Assembly: GCA_016935555.1 (NCBI GenBank)
Contig: JAFGQR010000022.1
Span: forward strand, 15,415-79,414
Direction of reading: 5' to 3'
Origin: Verrucomicrobiota bacterium
GTDB taxonomy: Bacteria; Verrucomicrobiota; Verrucomicrobiia; Limisphaerales; JAFGQR01
Length of the DNA: 64,000 nucleotides
The position numbers and the translations under genes are program-made. The notes under the pieces are model-generated. The model had not been told where the DNA came from. It saw only the letters and a list, made by a program, of their open reading frames with translations, and searched no databases. Of this stretch, positions 36,499 to 46,568 are shown piece after piece. The first letter of the stretch is position 1. Each line of letters opens with the position of its first letter.

Positions 36499-37686
36499 TC
36501 AGGCTCCGCACAGTCGGACGCCGCAGCCGTTGACTTTGGGGTAACGGACGCGTCCTTGTTCGATGGTGACGCCGCTGGCGATGTCTTTCGCCAGGAGCAG
36601 CGCGCCGTCCATGTCCACGTAATCGAGCATGGGACGCAACTGGGCGATGGCGGAGATGCCCACGGTGGACTCGGTCATGCAGCCCACCATCGTCTTCAGC
36701 CCCAGGTGCTGCGCGCGGGCGATCATCCGCCGGGCCGGAGTGAGCCCGCCGCACTTGACCACTTTGATGTTGATGCCGTGGAAACACTCCCGGCAGCGGT
36801 CCACATCGCTCTCGGCGCGGCAGGTTTCATCCGCGATGACGGGCAGGGCGCAGCGGGCGAAGACTTCCTTCATGCCGGTCCAATCGTCGGGCGGCAGGGG
36901 TTGTTCGATGAACTCGACGCCCAGCTCCTTGAGCCGCGGCGCCTTGTGGAGCGTCTCGGCGACGGTCCACCCGGCGTTGGCGTCGATGCGGAACACGGCC
37001 TGGCTGTGGCGGCGCAGGGCTTCAACGATTTCGATGTCGTGGGGTGTGCCGAGCTTGATCTTGTAGATGGGCCAGTTGGGCAGTTCCTGCATTTTGGCCA
37101 CCATCACATCGATGGTGTCGATGCCAATCGTGTAGTCCGTGAGCGGCCCGGCGTTGCAGTCCAGGCCCCAGAGCTTCCAGACCGGCTGGCCGCGGCATTT
37201 GCCCCAGAGATCGTGCGCAGCCTCGTCCACGGCACATTGCGCGAACGCATGCCCCCCCAGCACCGGCCGCAGCTGCTCCCAAAGACGGGCGGGATCCTCG
37301 AGCCGCGCCCGCTCGATGGCCGGCCGCGCCCCCTCCAGCGCCCCCCGCGTCTCGGCCAGCGTCGCCCCGTAATAGCCCGATTCGGGAGCTTCGCCGTAGC
37401 CGCGCCGCCCATCCTGGCCCAATTCCACGATCAGGGTCCGGGCGACACGTTTCGAATCGCGCGAGATGGTGAACGTGTGCTTGAGCGGCAGCTCGAACTC
37501 GCGCAGCGTCATCGTCAGACGGCCGCGGCCCGGGCCGGCCCCGGCCCGGGGCGAGGTGCAGCCCGCCGCGAGCATCGCCCCGCCGGCGGCCTGCAAAAAG
37601 CGGCGTCTGGACCAGGCCGCCCGATCGTCGGGGGAGCGGCGGGCGGGAGGCAGGGATTCGGTGGGTTCGTCCAAGGGTGTGATCAT
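36499..37686 (-). CDS. L-Ala-D/L-Glu dipeptide epimerase with Tat signal and lipobox-like motif
   Basis: SRRRFL and LAAGC. Enolase-superfamily motifs YKIKLG, RIDANAGW, IEQP, ADE, NIKVVKCGG, GCMTE, DMDG. Confidence 0.9.
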   Translation of the reverse strand: MITPLDEPTESLPPARRSPDDRAAWSRRRFLQAAGGAMLAAGCTSPRAGAGPGRGRLTMTLREFELPLKHTFTISRDSKRVARTLIVELGQDGRRGYGEAPESGYYGATLAETRGALEGARPAIERARLEDPARLWEQLRPVLGGHAFAQCAVDEAAHDLWGKCRGQPVWKLWGLDCNAGPLTDYTIGIDTIDVMVAKMQELPNWPIYKIKLGTPHDIEIVEALRRHSQAVFRIDANAGWTVAETLHKAPRLKELGVEFIEQPLPPDDWTGMKEVFARCALPVIADETCRAESDVDRCRECFHGINIKVVKCGGLTPARRMIARAQHLGLKTMVGCMTESTVGISAIAQLRPMLDYVDMDGALLLAKDIASGVTIEQGRVRYPKVNGCGVRLCGA

Positions 37687-37739
37687 GGCGACCGTTTACG
37701 CCGGTCCGGCCAACAACACAAGGCGGGTTTGATAGGCGA

Positions 37740-39185
37740 TCATGGGGAGCGCGTGGGCGACCAGAGTCTCGGGTAAGGACCGCGCGAGACGCGCTCGACG
37801 ACGGGGGCGCCGGTGAGTTTTTGGGGCAGGCTGGAGACGTAGCCTGGGAACCCGAGCGCGATGTCGCCGACTTCGACCATGAAGGCGTCAGGGGTTTTGC
37901 CTGGCAGGAAGCCTTCATAGCGGTCGCCCACGGGGCGCATGAGGATATGGTACCACATGACGTCGCGCCAGGCGGGGTCGTCGGTGAAGGCGAACCAGGT
38001 GCGGACCATGTGGACGGTGGCGTTGCCGGTGATGGTGGCGGTGAACAGGGTGCCGTTGTTCAGGAGGCGATGCGACACGTTGTCGATGCGGGTGAGGGGA
38101 CGGCCGTTGAACACGTGGGCGACCCACATCATGAAGTCCATGAACTGGATTTCGCTGAAATTGGAGTGGTTGTAGTTGGGAATGATCTCGATGGTCATCG
38201 GGCGCCGCAGCCGTTCCTGGAGGATGTTGACATTGAACATGCGGTAGCCGTCCTCGTTGCTGGCTCCGAGATAGAACACGGGCACGGTGACCTGGTCCTG
38301 GAAAAAGGCGTGATGGAACGACAGGTGCGACTCGACGCGGTCGGTGCGGTAGACGCCTTCGTTGCCCATGATGATGGGCGAGGCCACCCGGGCGTCCATC
38401 GCCGCGGCCACCGTCGCGCTGCGCCCCCGCTTCGAATGGCCGCCCACGACCGCCTGCAGGGTGTCCAACCCGAGGAACTGCTGGAGGGCGTTCATCGCCT
38501 GAATGTAGACCACCGCGAGCTGGCAATTCATGTTGTAGTAGTTCGTCCGGGTTTCCCTCGCCAGCCGCCCCAGGACGCCGATGTCCGACTCGATGTCGCT
38601 GCCGTCCGGGTAGGTGCCCGGGTTGCTCAGCACCATGGTCGGGTAACCGGTGCGCGCGGTGATCGGCTCGCCGTATTTGGCCACGTGAATCGGATAATAG
38701 TCGCGTCCGGGCGACCCGACGATGACCACCTTGCCCCGGCGTGGAGGCGCCTGGTTAACCGTATTGTCGGCCGGCAGCAGGATCGTGCAGGGGTGCCCCC
38801 ATTTCCTGCCCGCCAGTTCCTGCGACCAGAAATGAGCACTCACCCGGCGCAGCCGCTTGCCGGGGTCGGTGTCGCTGGTTACCACCTCGTCCTTGAGCAC
38901 CTTGAACTCGAGCGGGACGCAATGCTGCCGGACCACCGGCCACAATTCGCGCGGCTTGAGCACGTGGCGCGAGGCCTCCTCGAAGTTGAACGGCGCGGCG
39001 GACGGCGGGGGTTCGGCAGCGGCCAGCAGCGCGGGAGCCGCGCACGCCCAGATGAACAGGCCCAGCCACAGGACCGTCCGGGAGCCGCTTATGCAACGGG
39101 AAAACGCGCAAGGCTTGCCCGCGGATCGTGGCCGGGAACCCGCCCCCGCCATGCGCCATGGCACCAGGCATCTGGCAGAGGGCAT
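37740..39185 (-). CDS. Secreted PqaA-like alpha/beta hydrolase
   Basis: VVGGHSKRG nucleophile elbow, IIPNYNH, hydrophobic signal segment. Start uncertain; the ORF extension runs through a REPIN. Confidence 0.65.
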   Translation of the reverse strand: MPSARCLVPWRMAGAGSRPRSAGKPCAFSRCISGSRTVLWLGLFIWACAAPALLAAAEPPPSAAPFNFEEASRHVLKPRELWPVVRQHCVPLEFKVLKDEVVTSDTDPGKRLRRVSAHFWSQELAGRKWGHPCTILLPADNTVNQAPPRRGKVVIVGSPGRDYYPIHVAKYGEPITARTGYPTMVLSNPGTYPDGSDIESDIGVLGRLARETRTNYYNMNCQLAVVYIQAMNALQQFLGLDTLQAVVGGHSKRGRSATVAAAMDARVASPIIMGNEGVYRTDRVESHLSFHHAFFQDQVTVPVFYLGASNEDGYRMFNVNILQERLRRPMTIEIIPNYNHSNFSEIQFMDFMMWVAHVFNGRPLTRIDNVSHRLLNNGTLFTATITGNATVHMVRTWFAFTDDPAWRDVMWYHILMRPVGDRYEGFLPGKTPDAFMVEVGDIALGFPGYVSSLPQKLTGAPVVERVSRGPYPRLWSPTRSP

Positions 39186-39257
39186 CCGGCCGAGTCCAGG
39201 CTCCTGGAAAGGCGCGATGCCGCCTGCGCGGCGGCGCGTCTCGCGCCGCATGAGTTT

Positions 39258-39387
39258 GGTAGGGCGAGACTCCGTCGAGCCCTGACTTCTTCTGCGGGCC
39301 GGCGCCTTGGACGCGGGGCACCGCGGTGGCCACGGATCGGCGGCACAGAAGCCAAGAAGTTTGGGCTCGACGGAGTCTCGCCCTACC
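39258..39387. repeat. REPIN: two GTAG-type REPs in inverted orientation
   Basis: ggtagggcgagactccgtcgagccc (39258-39282) and its exact reverse complement (39363-39387); spacer partly self-complementary. Confidence 0.85.
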
Positions 39388-39424
39388 GGAGTGGAAGCGC
39401 GGTTCCTGGAAAGCGGCTGGTCGT

Positions 39425-40960
39425 TCATGGCTTTTTCTTCGGTGTGTCGCCGGGCAGCGGCGTGCGGGGCGTGCGGGCTTTGAGCCACTCGTTCCATCGG
39501 GCGCGGTGGGTGCCGAAGGATTGCCCGGTGAACCCTTCGAGCAACCGCCCGATCTGCCGGTCGCCATCGGCATCGTTCAGGCGCTCCAGGCAATTGACAA
39601 TCGCAGCCAGTTCGGCGTCGCCGCCGATCTGGAGGGCGGCGCGGGCCGCCGGGACGCGCAGGCCGGGTTCATAGAGGAGATCGTCGAGCCACGGCAGGAC
39701 AAAGGGGTGGCCGATGTTCAGTGCCTCCTGCGCGAGAACCGCGCGCGCTTGCCCGGCAGCTGAGCCGAGGCGCTGACGGAATTGCGCGACGCGGGCGCGG
39801 ACATCGGGCGCGGGCGGAGGGAACCACCAGGCTTGGCGCATGCCGGAAGCCTGCGCGGGCGTGCCGTCCCAGTCGTGTTTCTCGAGGTAATCCGAACCCG
39901 TCAGCGAGCCCTCGCCCGAGTCGCCGACGGCCGTGATCAGCATGGGGCCGGGGGTTTGCCCAAAATAGAGGCGCTTGTTGTTGGCCCGCTCGTTCCGGGT
40001 CGGGTCGAAATCGACCCAGCCGAACCCGGGGACGTGGGCTTGGGGGAAGCGATGGAACACCTTGTCGAGATGGAACGGGACGCCGAGTCGGCCGACGATG
40101 CCGCCCACATAGCGGGCCGGAATGCGGTTTTTGCGGCACAGGGCGAGGAAGCAGTAGGTGTATTCGCTGCAGCTGCCCTTGCCGCTGGAGAGCACTTCGG
40201 GGGCGGGCTGCCATTTGCCGTCGCGGTCATAGCTCAGGCGGTCCATCACCAGCCCAAAGGCGCCGTCCAACACCGCCACGGTGCCGGTCTTGGCGCGGGC
40301 GGCCTCGGCGGCGGCGGCTTCGATGACCGGGTGTTCGAGGGCGAGGTCCTTGCCGTTGCGCAGGCAGAGCGCCTGTTGTTCGGGCGAGAGCGCCGGGAGG
40401 TTGTCGCTAGGGGCGGCCTGCCAATCCCAGCGGAATCGGCGGAGGGTGGCGGTGGCGGTCCAGCGTCCGACGAGGCAGGCGCCCGGGGCGAGGGTGGGGC
40501 GTTGGTAGAGGAGGATGGGGGATTGCCAGGCATCGGCGAGGCGCTCGGGATCGCCTTCGATGTCCAGCTCGGTGATGTCCTGGTGGGGCAATGCGACGGG
40601 CGCATGCACGTGAAGGCGCGCATTGCGGAGTGCTTGGGGACCGCGGCTGACGATGCGTGTGACGAACACCACCGTGGCCCGGGTCTCGGAATTTGGCACG
40701 ATCCGCCGCGCCGCGGCCTGGGCCGGCGCGGCGGGGGGCGCCGCGGAGGCGGCGGCGGCGGCGGCGACGGGAGTCGCAGTGGACGGGAAGTCGAAGAGCG
40801 CGGCGCGACTCAGTTGCCGTTCGAAGTCGGCTTCGACGGGCGAGGTCAGGTCGAGGTGGCAGAACTCCGCGCCGGGGCAGGTGGTGCGGACCAGCAACAA
40901 AGCCAGGCCGGCGGCGAGGCTGGCAGCCGTGAGCGCGCCGCGTTGTTGCGCTGTTTGCAT
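39425..40960 (-). CDS. Transglutaminase-like domain protein with helical-repeat C-terminus
   Basis: GKGSCSEY, GIPARY-like IPARYVGG, FHRF, GWVDFDPT (Cys-His-Asp triad); signal-like N-terminus. Confidence 0.85.
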   Translation of the reverse strand: MQTAQQRGALTAASLAAGLALLLVRTTCPGAEFCHLDLTSPVEADFERQLSRAALFDFPSTATPVAAAAAASAAPPAAPAQAAARRIVPNSETRATVVFVTRIVSRGPQALRNARLHVHAPVALPHQDITELDIEGDPERLADAWQSPILLYQRPTLAPGACLVGRWTATATLRRFRWDWQAAPSDNLPALSPEQQALCLRNGKDLALEHPVIEAAAAEAARAKTGTVAVLDGAFGLVMDRLSYDRDGKWQPAPEVLSSGKGSCSEYTYCFLALCRKNRIPARYVGGIVGRLGVPFHLDKVFHRFPQAHVPGFGWVDFDPTRNERANNKRLYFGQTPGPMLITAVGDSGEGSLTGSDYLEKHDWDGTPAQASGMRQAWWFPPPAPDVRARVAQFRQRLGSAAGQARAVLAQEALNIGHPFVLPWLDDLLYEPGLRVPAARAALQIGGDAELAAIVNCLERLNDADGDRQIGRLLEGFTGQSFGTHRARWNEWLKARTPRTPLPGDTPKKKP

Positions 40961-41146
40961 GGGCGGCATCATCGCGCCGGCAGAGCCGCCTGGCAAGCGG
41001 TGTTGCGCCTGGCGCGACCCCGGGAGCGGTGGGGCTGGAACGGGCATCATCCCCGGCGACAGCACAGAATCCGGCACTTTTGCGATGCCGGCGAAACGTG
41101 ATCTGTCTCACGCCCTTGTTCGTCACTGGGACGGGGGGGGCGAGCC

Positions 41147-41206
41147 GGAGTAAGAGTAAGAGCGACAGCAAGAACCTGCGGCCCAGTCGCTGGGTCCGAC
41201 TTTGTC
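41147..41206 (+). repeat. Second copy of the gagtaa-repeat + 40-nt core element
   Basis: gagtaagagtaagagc then agcaagaacctgcggcccagtcgctgggtccgactttgtc. Confidence 0.75.
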
Positions 41207-41304
41207 ACGCGCCGGGGCCATGCCGTTGAACGGCCCGCGAATGCCGTTGACGCTCCCGGCGCGGGATTGCATCGTTTGCGGGTGCAGATTGTGATTCCCG
41301 CCAC

Positions 41305-44300
41305 ATGCCCATGAACGCCCCAGCATTTCCGATGACCCCCTCCCTTCCGGTGCCGGGCCGCGCCGCTCCCGGCGCGCCGCGTCAGTATCCGATCCCAGTC
41401 CGCCCGTTTGATGGCGCCGCGAGTGCGCAGGGTCTTGTCCGCTGCGGGCCGGCAGGCGCTTGGCCGGCGGTGCTGGGGTTGCTTGCGATGGTCCTGGGCA
41501 CGCAGGTTGTGGCTGCCGGCGAGCCGGCCGGGCCGCTGCCGCCCGCCGGTCCTCCGGGGTTGGCCTACACCAACGAGTTCTTTCCCGGCACGCGTTACCG
41601 CCCCACCGTGCCCACGCAGCAGGAGATCGTGGGGTTCACGCCCGGGCAGCGGGCGGCGAGCGCCGCGGAGGTGGCGCAATGCCTGCGCGCATGGGCTGGC
41701 GCGGCCCCTGAACGGACGCGCCTGGTCGAATACGCCCGCAGCCATGAAGGCCGTGCGCTGCACTACCTCGTGGTGACGGCGCCGGAGAACCTCGGGCGGC
41801 TCGAGGCGATTCGCACCGGCCTGGCCAGACTGGCCGATCCGCGCACCCTGGCCGAGGGCGAGGCCCGGCGGCTGGTGCGGGAATCGCCCGCGGTGGGGTG
41901 GGCCGGGTTCACGATTCACGGGGACGAAACGGAGGGCAGCGACGCTGCGTTGGTGCTGGTGTATCATTTGGTGGCTGCGGAGGATCCCGCCGTCGCCGAG
42001 CTGCTCAAGAACGTCGTCGTCATCGTCGATCCGCTGATGAATCCCGACGGGCGCGACCGGTTCGTGAAAACCATCGCCGAGCACCGGGGCGCCCTGCCGA
42101 ACGTGGACAGCCAGTCGCTGGTTCATGCGGGGTATTGGCCCCGGGGCCGCGGCAACCATTATCTGTTTGACCTGAACCGCGACTCGATTCTCGGGGTGCA
42201 CCCTGAGACGCGCGGGCGCCTCCGGGAGTTCATCCGGTGGAACCCGCAGTTGTTCATCGACGGGCACGGCATGGGGCCGTTCGAGACGCACCTGTTTTCG
42301 CCGCCGCGCCCGCCGATCAACCCGAACATCCCCGACGGCCGGGGGCGGTGGGCGGCGTTGTTTGCGCGGGACCAGGCGCAGGCGTTCGACCGGGAGCACC
42401 TGTTGTATTACACGGGGGAGTGGCATGAGGAGTGGTATCCGGGCTACTGCGACGCCTGGGCTTCGTCCCGAGGGGCCATCGGCATCCTCTACGAGCAGGC
42501 CCGCGTCGCCGAAAACGGCGTGCGGCGTCCCGACGGACGGATTTTGAGTTATCGGGAGTCGATGCGGCATCATGTGATTGGGGCGATGGCCAATCTGACC
42601 ACGCTCAGCCGCCATCGCCAGGCGCTGCTGGAATACTTCGTCGGCACGCGCCGGGCGGCCGTGGCCGCCGAGGGTGCGTATGCGAACCGGACGTTTGCGG
42701 TGCTGCCGACCGCTAACCGGTCGCGTCTGCAGGACTTGGCGGCCACGCTTCAGGTGCAGGGCATCGAGGTGTTCGAGGCCGCCTCGAGCTTCGTCGCTTC
42801 CCGGGCGGTGGACCAGCTGGGGCGGTCCCTGACCAACGCCCAAGTCCCCGCCGGAACGCTGCTGGTCCCCAACCGCCAACCCCTCGGGCATCTCGTCGCG
42901 GCCATCCTCGAGTTCGATCCGCGCCTGCCCCGCGAGGTGCTGCAGGAGGAACGCCGGGAGGTGCTGCGGACCGGCCGGTCGCGCATCTACGATGTCACCG
43001 CGTGGAACCTGACGATGTTGTTCGGCCTGGAGGCTTGGACGCTGGCGCAACCGATGCCCGCCGACCCCCGGCCATGGGCGCCGGCTTCGGCTCCGCCCAG
43101 GCGCGGCATGCTGCCCGGCGGCGGGGCGGTCGCGTGGGTGCTGGACGGTGCGGACGACCGTTCCGTGGCGGCGGCGGCGCGGCTGATGGAGCAAGGCGTC
43201 GAAGTGCGCGTTGCGGACAAGCCCTTCCGGTTCGAGGGAACCCCGTTTGCGCGCGGGTCGGTGGTGATCACGCGCCTCGACAACCGGGGGTTTGACGGCG
43301 ACCTGCAGCAAACCGTCGCGCGCACGGCCGACGCCCTCAACCTTGCCACCGTCGCAGTCGGCACCGGCCTGGGCGAAGGCGACCTGCCGGACCTGGGCGG
43401 GCGCCATTTCCGGCGGCTGCAGCCGCCGCGGATTGCGGTGTTGGGCCGGGGGGCGTTCAGCCCGACGGATTACGGGGCGACGTGGTATGTGCTGGACAAG
43501 CATCTGGGCATTCGCCATTCGCATCTGGAGGAGGGCCGCGCGCCGGACCTGGCCCGCTACAACGTGGTGGTGGCGCCGGACCGGGGCGGGGCGCCTCTGC
43601 CGGAGGCGTTGGCCACGGCGCTGAAGGACTGGGTGAAAGGCGGCGGCACGTTGGTCGCCGTCGGCAATTCCGCCGCCCAGTTCACACCGGAAAAAGCCGC
43701 CTTCAGCAAGGTCCGCACCTTGCCGGATGTCCTCGGCCGATTGCCCGAATACGAACTGGCCGTCCTGCGCGAGTGGCTTGCATGGACAGGTGCGCTGCCC
43801 GCAGACGAAGCCACTTGGGCGCACACGGTCACGCCGGACCTGCGGTATCCGTGGCCGGCCGCCGGCGGCGCGTTGCCCGACGAAAAGGAGCTCAAGAAGC
43901 GCGATGCCTGGCAGGGGCTGTTCATGCCGGAAGGCACGCTGCTGGCCGGGCGTGTGGACACCAACCACTGGCTGACCGCCGGCTGCGGCGAACGGCTGCC
44001 GCTCCTCGTGGGCACCGGCCCCGTCCTCATGTCCGCCGGCGGCGTCGAAACTCCCATCCGGCACGGGTGCTGGACCCGCGCCGAGACGAATCCGCCCGTG
44101 GTTGCCCCGGCCCACGCGGATGCGAATCCGGTGTCGGCTTCGGGCTCGGGGAAGCCCGGGACGGCGGCCAAGCCGGAATTGAAGCCGGCGCCGCGGATTG
44201 GGTGGTGCGCGCCTCCCGAGGGCATGCACCTTCAGCTGCGCATGAGCGGGCTGTTGTGGCCCGAAGCGGCCCATCGTCTTGCCAACGCCGCCGCCGTCAC

Positions 44301-44445
44301 GCGCGAGTCGTTCGGGCGCGGCCAGATCATTTTGTTTGCGGCGCCGCCCGTGTTCCGGGCCAGCTCGCGCGGTGCCATGCGGGCGTTTCAAAACGCGCTC
44401 GTTTACGGCCCAGGGTTCGGCGCCGCCCAGACCGTCACGCCGTAG
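41305..44445 (+). CDS. Secreted M14-family zinc carboxypeptidase
   Basis: HGDETEG (HxxE), NPDGRDRF, GRGNHYLFDLNRD, DGHGMG, YEQA. Start uncertain. Confidence 0.88.
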   Translation: MPMNAPAFPMTPSLPVPGRAAPGAPRQYPIPVRPFDGAASAQGLVRCGPAGAWPAVLGLLAMVLGTQVVAAGEPAGPLPPAGPPGLAYTNEFFPGTRYRPTVPTQQEIVGFTPGQRAASAAEVAQCLRAWAGAAPERTRLVEYARSHEGRALHYLVVTAPENLGRLEAIRTGLARLADPRTLAEGEARRLVRESPAVGWAGFTIHGDETEGSDAALVLVYHLVAAEDPAVAELLKNVVVIVDPLMNPDGRDRFVKTIAEHRGALPNVDSQSLVHAGYWPRGRGNHYLFDLNRDSILGVHPETRGRLREFIRWNPQLFIDGHGMGPFETHLFSPPRPPINPNIPDGRGRWAALFARDQAQAFDREHLLYYTGEWHEEWYPGYCDAWASSRGAIGILYEQARVAENGVRRPDGRILSYRESMRHHVIGAMANLTTLSRHRQALLEYFVGTRRAAVAAEGAYANRTFAVLPTANRSRLQDLAATLQVQGIEVFEAASSFVASRAVDQLGRSLTNAQVPAGTLLVPNRQPLGHLVAAILEFDPRLPREVLQEERREVLRTGRSRIYDVTAWNLTMLFGLEAWTLAQPMPADPRPWAPASAPPRRGMLPGGGAVAWVLDGADDRSVAAAARLMEQGVEVRVADKPFRFEGTPFARGSVVITRLDNRGFDGDLQQTVARTADALNLATVAVGTGLGEGDLPDLGGRHFRRLQPPRIAVLGRGAFSPTDYGATWYVLDKHLGIRHSHLEEGRAPDLARYNVVVAPDRGGAPLPEALATALKDWVKGGGTLVAVGNSAAQFTPEKAAFSKVRTLPDVLGRLPEYELAVLREWLAWTGALPADEATWAHTVTPDLRYPWPAAGGALPDEKELKKRDAWQGLFMPEGTLLAGRVDTNHWLTAGCGERLPLLVGTGPVLMSAGGVETPIRHGCWTRAETNPPVVAPAHADANPVSASGSGKPGTAAKPELKPAPRIGWCAPPEGMHLQLRMSGLLWPEAAHRLANAAAVTRESFGRGQIILFAAPPVFRASSRGAMRAFQNALVYGPGFGAAQTVTP

Positions 44446-44461
44446 CGGGGATGGGGGCTTG

Positions 44462-45832
44462 CTACAGGTTGTCTCTGCCGAGGCCGTATGCCTTGAGTTT
44501 GTATTGGAGGGTGCGGCGGCTGATGCCGAGCGCTTGGGCGGCGGCTTCGCGGTTGGCGCTGACGTGGGTGAGGGTTTTGCGGATGAGGAGTTTTTCGACT
44601 TCGGCGAGGGTCATGCCGGGGCGGAGAGTGAAGGTGTGGGGATCCCGGTGCAGCTCGGTGAGGAAGGGTGGCAGGTCGGCGGGGGTGATGAGGGGGGCGG
44701 GGCAGGTGATGACGAGCCGTTCGACGAGGTTGCGGAGTTGGCGGACGTTGCCGGGCCAGGGAAAGCGCTGGCAGAGTTCCATGGTTTCGCGCGCAAACCC
44801 TTTGCGGCGGCGTTTGTGTTTGGCGGAGAAATGCCCGAGAAACGACTCGACCAGCAGCGGGATGTCCTCGGGGCGCTCGCGCAGCGGCGGCAGGGCGATG
44901 GGGACAATCTGCAGCCGGTAGAGGAGATCCTCGCGGAAGCGGCCTGCGGCGACCGCCTGCTGCAGGTTCCTGTTGGTGGCGGCAATGAGGCGGACATTGA
45001 CGCGGACGAGGTCGGTGCCGCCCACCATGCGGAAGCAGCCTTCCTCGATGACGCGGAGCAGGTCGCCCTGGCCTTTGGGGGGCAGATCGCTGATTTCGTC
45101 GAGAAAGAGCGTGCCTTGGTTGGCGAGTTGGAACCGGCCGGGGGTGGTGGCGGTGGCGCCCGTGAAGGCGCCCTTGACATGGCCGAACAGTTCGGACTCG
45201 GCGAGGGGCTCGGGCACGGCGGCGCAGTTGACGGTGACAAACGGGCCGGCGCTCCGGGCGCTTTGCTGGTGGATCGAGCGGGCCACCAGTTCCTTGCCCG
45301 TGCCGCTCTCGCCTTCGAGCAGCACCGTCACGTCGCTGCGCGCCACGCTCTCGACAAGCCCGATGACGGCGCGCATGGCGTCGGTCTGGCTGATCAGGAG
45401 GCTCGGCTCGGAGCGTTTCTGCAGACGCAGGCGCAGCTCGTGGTTTTCCGCAACCAGGGCCTGGAACTCGAGCGCTTTGCGGACCACAGCGCGCAGCCGT
45501 TTCAGGTCGATGGGCTTGGTCAGGTAATCGTAGGCCCCCTCCTTCATGGCCTCCACCGCGCTTTCCACCGTCCCGTAGGCCGTCATCAGAATGAACACGG
45601 TGTCGCGGCTGTTCTGCTTGACGCGCGTCAGCAGCTCCAGGCCGCTGATCCCCGGCATCTTGATGTCCGAAATCACCAGGTTGAACAGGCGCGTCTCCAT
45701 GACCTTCAACGCGTCGCGCGGATCCGTGGCGGCTTCCACGTCGTAGCCCTCCCGCTGCAACGCCTCCCGCAGCCCGGCACACAACCCGGGCTCGTCGTCC
45801 ACAATCAGGATCTTGATCCGCGGCTTATCCAT
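44462..45832 (-). CDS. Sigma-54-dependent response regulator (NtrC/AtoC family)
   Basis: Receiver (IVDDE, SDIKMPG), GESGTGKELVA, GAFTGA, FLDEI, WPGNVRQL, Fis-type HTH. Confidence 0.96.
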   Translation of the reverse strand: MDKPRIKILIVDDEPGLCAGLREALQREGYDVEAATDPRDALKVMETRLFNLVISDIKMPGISGLELLTRVKQNSRDTVFILMTAYGTVESAVEAMKEGAYDYLTKPIDLKRLRAVVRKALEFQALVAENHELRLRLQKRSEPSLLISQTDAMRAVIGLVESVARSDVTVLLEGESGTGKELVARSIHQQSARSAGPFVTVNCAAVPEPLAESELFGHVKGAFTGATATTPGRFQLANQGTLFLDEISDLPPKGQGDLLRVIEEGCFRMVGGTDLVRVNVRLIAATNRNLQQAVAAGRFREDLLYRLQIVPIALPPLRERPEDIPLLVESFLGHFSAKHKRRRKGFARETMELCQRFPWPGNVRQLRNLVERLVITCPAPLITPADLPPFLTELHRDPHTFTLRPGMTLAEVEKLLIRKTLTHVSANREAAAQALGISRRTLQYKLKAYGLGRDNL

Positions 45833-46568
45833 GGTCCGTCTCCGCCCGGCGCAGCGGCAGGCGCAACGTGAACGACGCGCCGCCGCCGGGGCAGGTGGCG
45901 ACGTGCACGGTGCCGCCGTGGGCGGCGAGAATCTGCTGCACAATCCAGAGACCCAGCCCCGTGCCGTCCGGCTTCGTCGTGAAATAGGGGTCGAACACGC
46001 TCGCATGCAGCTCCGCCGGCACACCCGGCCCCGAGTCCCATACCTCAATCCGCACCGCGCCCGGCTCCGTCCGGCGCGCGTCGATGTGGACGCGGCCCGA
46101 TTGGCCGACGGCCTGCAGGGCGTTGATGACGAGGTTGAGCAGGGCCTGCGTCAACTGCCCGGGATCGGCCAGGAACGGCGGCAGGCCGGCTTCGACCTCG
46201 AAGTCCAGCGCGATGGCGTGCGCCTCCGCCTCCGGGCGCAGCAGCCGGCACACATGCTCGCACAGGGCGGGAAGGTTCACGCGCTCCAGCTCCACATGCG
46301 AGGTGCCCGCAAGCCGCAGAAAATGCTGGACCGTCGTCTCCAGCCGCCGCATCTCCGCGCGGATGATCTCCAGCCGGCTGGCCGTCGTCTCCTTCAAGGG
46401 CGCGCCCGAGCCCGCCAGGTCCTCCTCCAGCAGCTGAATGTGCACGTCCAGCGAGCTCAGAGGATTGCGGATTTCATGCGCCAGCCGGGCCAGCAGCCGC
46501 GACAACAGCATGCGCTTCTCCGTGGCCGCCAGTTGGGTGGCGTCTTGACCCAGCGCGGTTGACAGCAT
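45825..46568 (-). CDS. Histidine kinase without an evident sensor domain
   Basis: AHEIRNPL, LNLVINA, DSGPGVP, FDPYFTTK..GTGLGL. Overlaps the regulator start. Confidence 0.88.
   Translation of the reverse strand: MLSTALGQDATQLAATEKRMLLSRLLARLAHEIRNPLSSLDVHIQLLEEDLAGSGAPLKETTASRLEIIRAEMRRLETTVQHFLRLAGTSHVELERVNLPALCEHVCRLLRPEAEAHAIALDFEVEAGLPPFLADPGQLTQALLNLVINALQAVGQSGRVHIDARRTEPGAVRIEVWDSGPGVPAELHASVFDPYFTTKPDGTGLGLWIVQQILAAHGGTVHVATCPGGGASFTLRLPLRRAETDHG

Noticed and set aside
39186-39593. Long N-terminal extension of the PqaA-like ORF
   Set aside because: Runs through the REPIN and overlaps the upstream gene; a signal-like segment lies further downstream.
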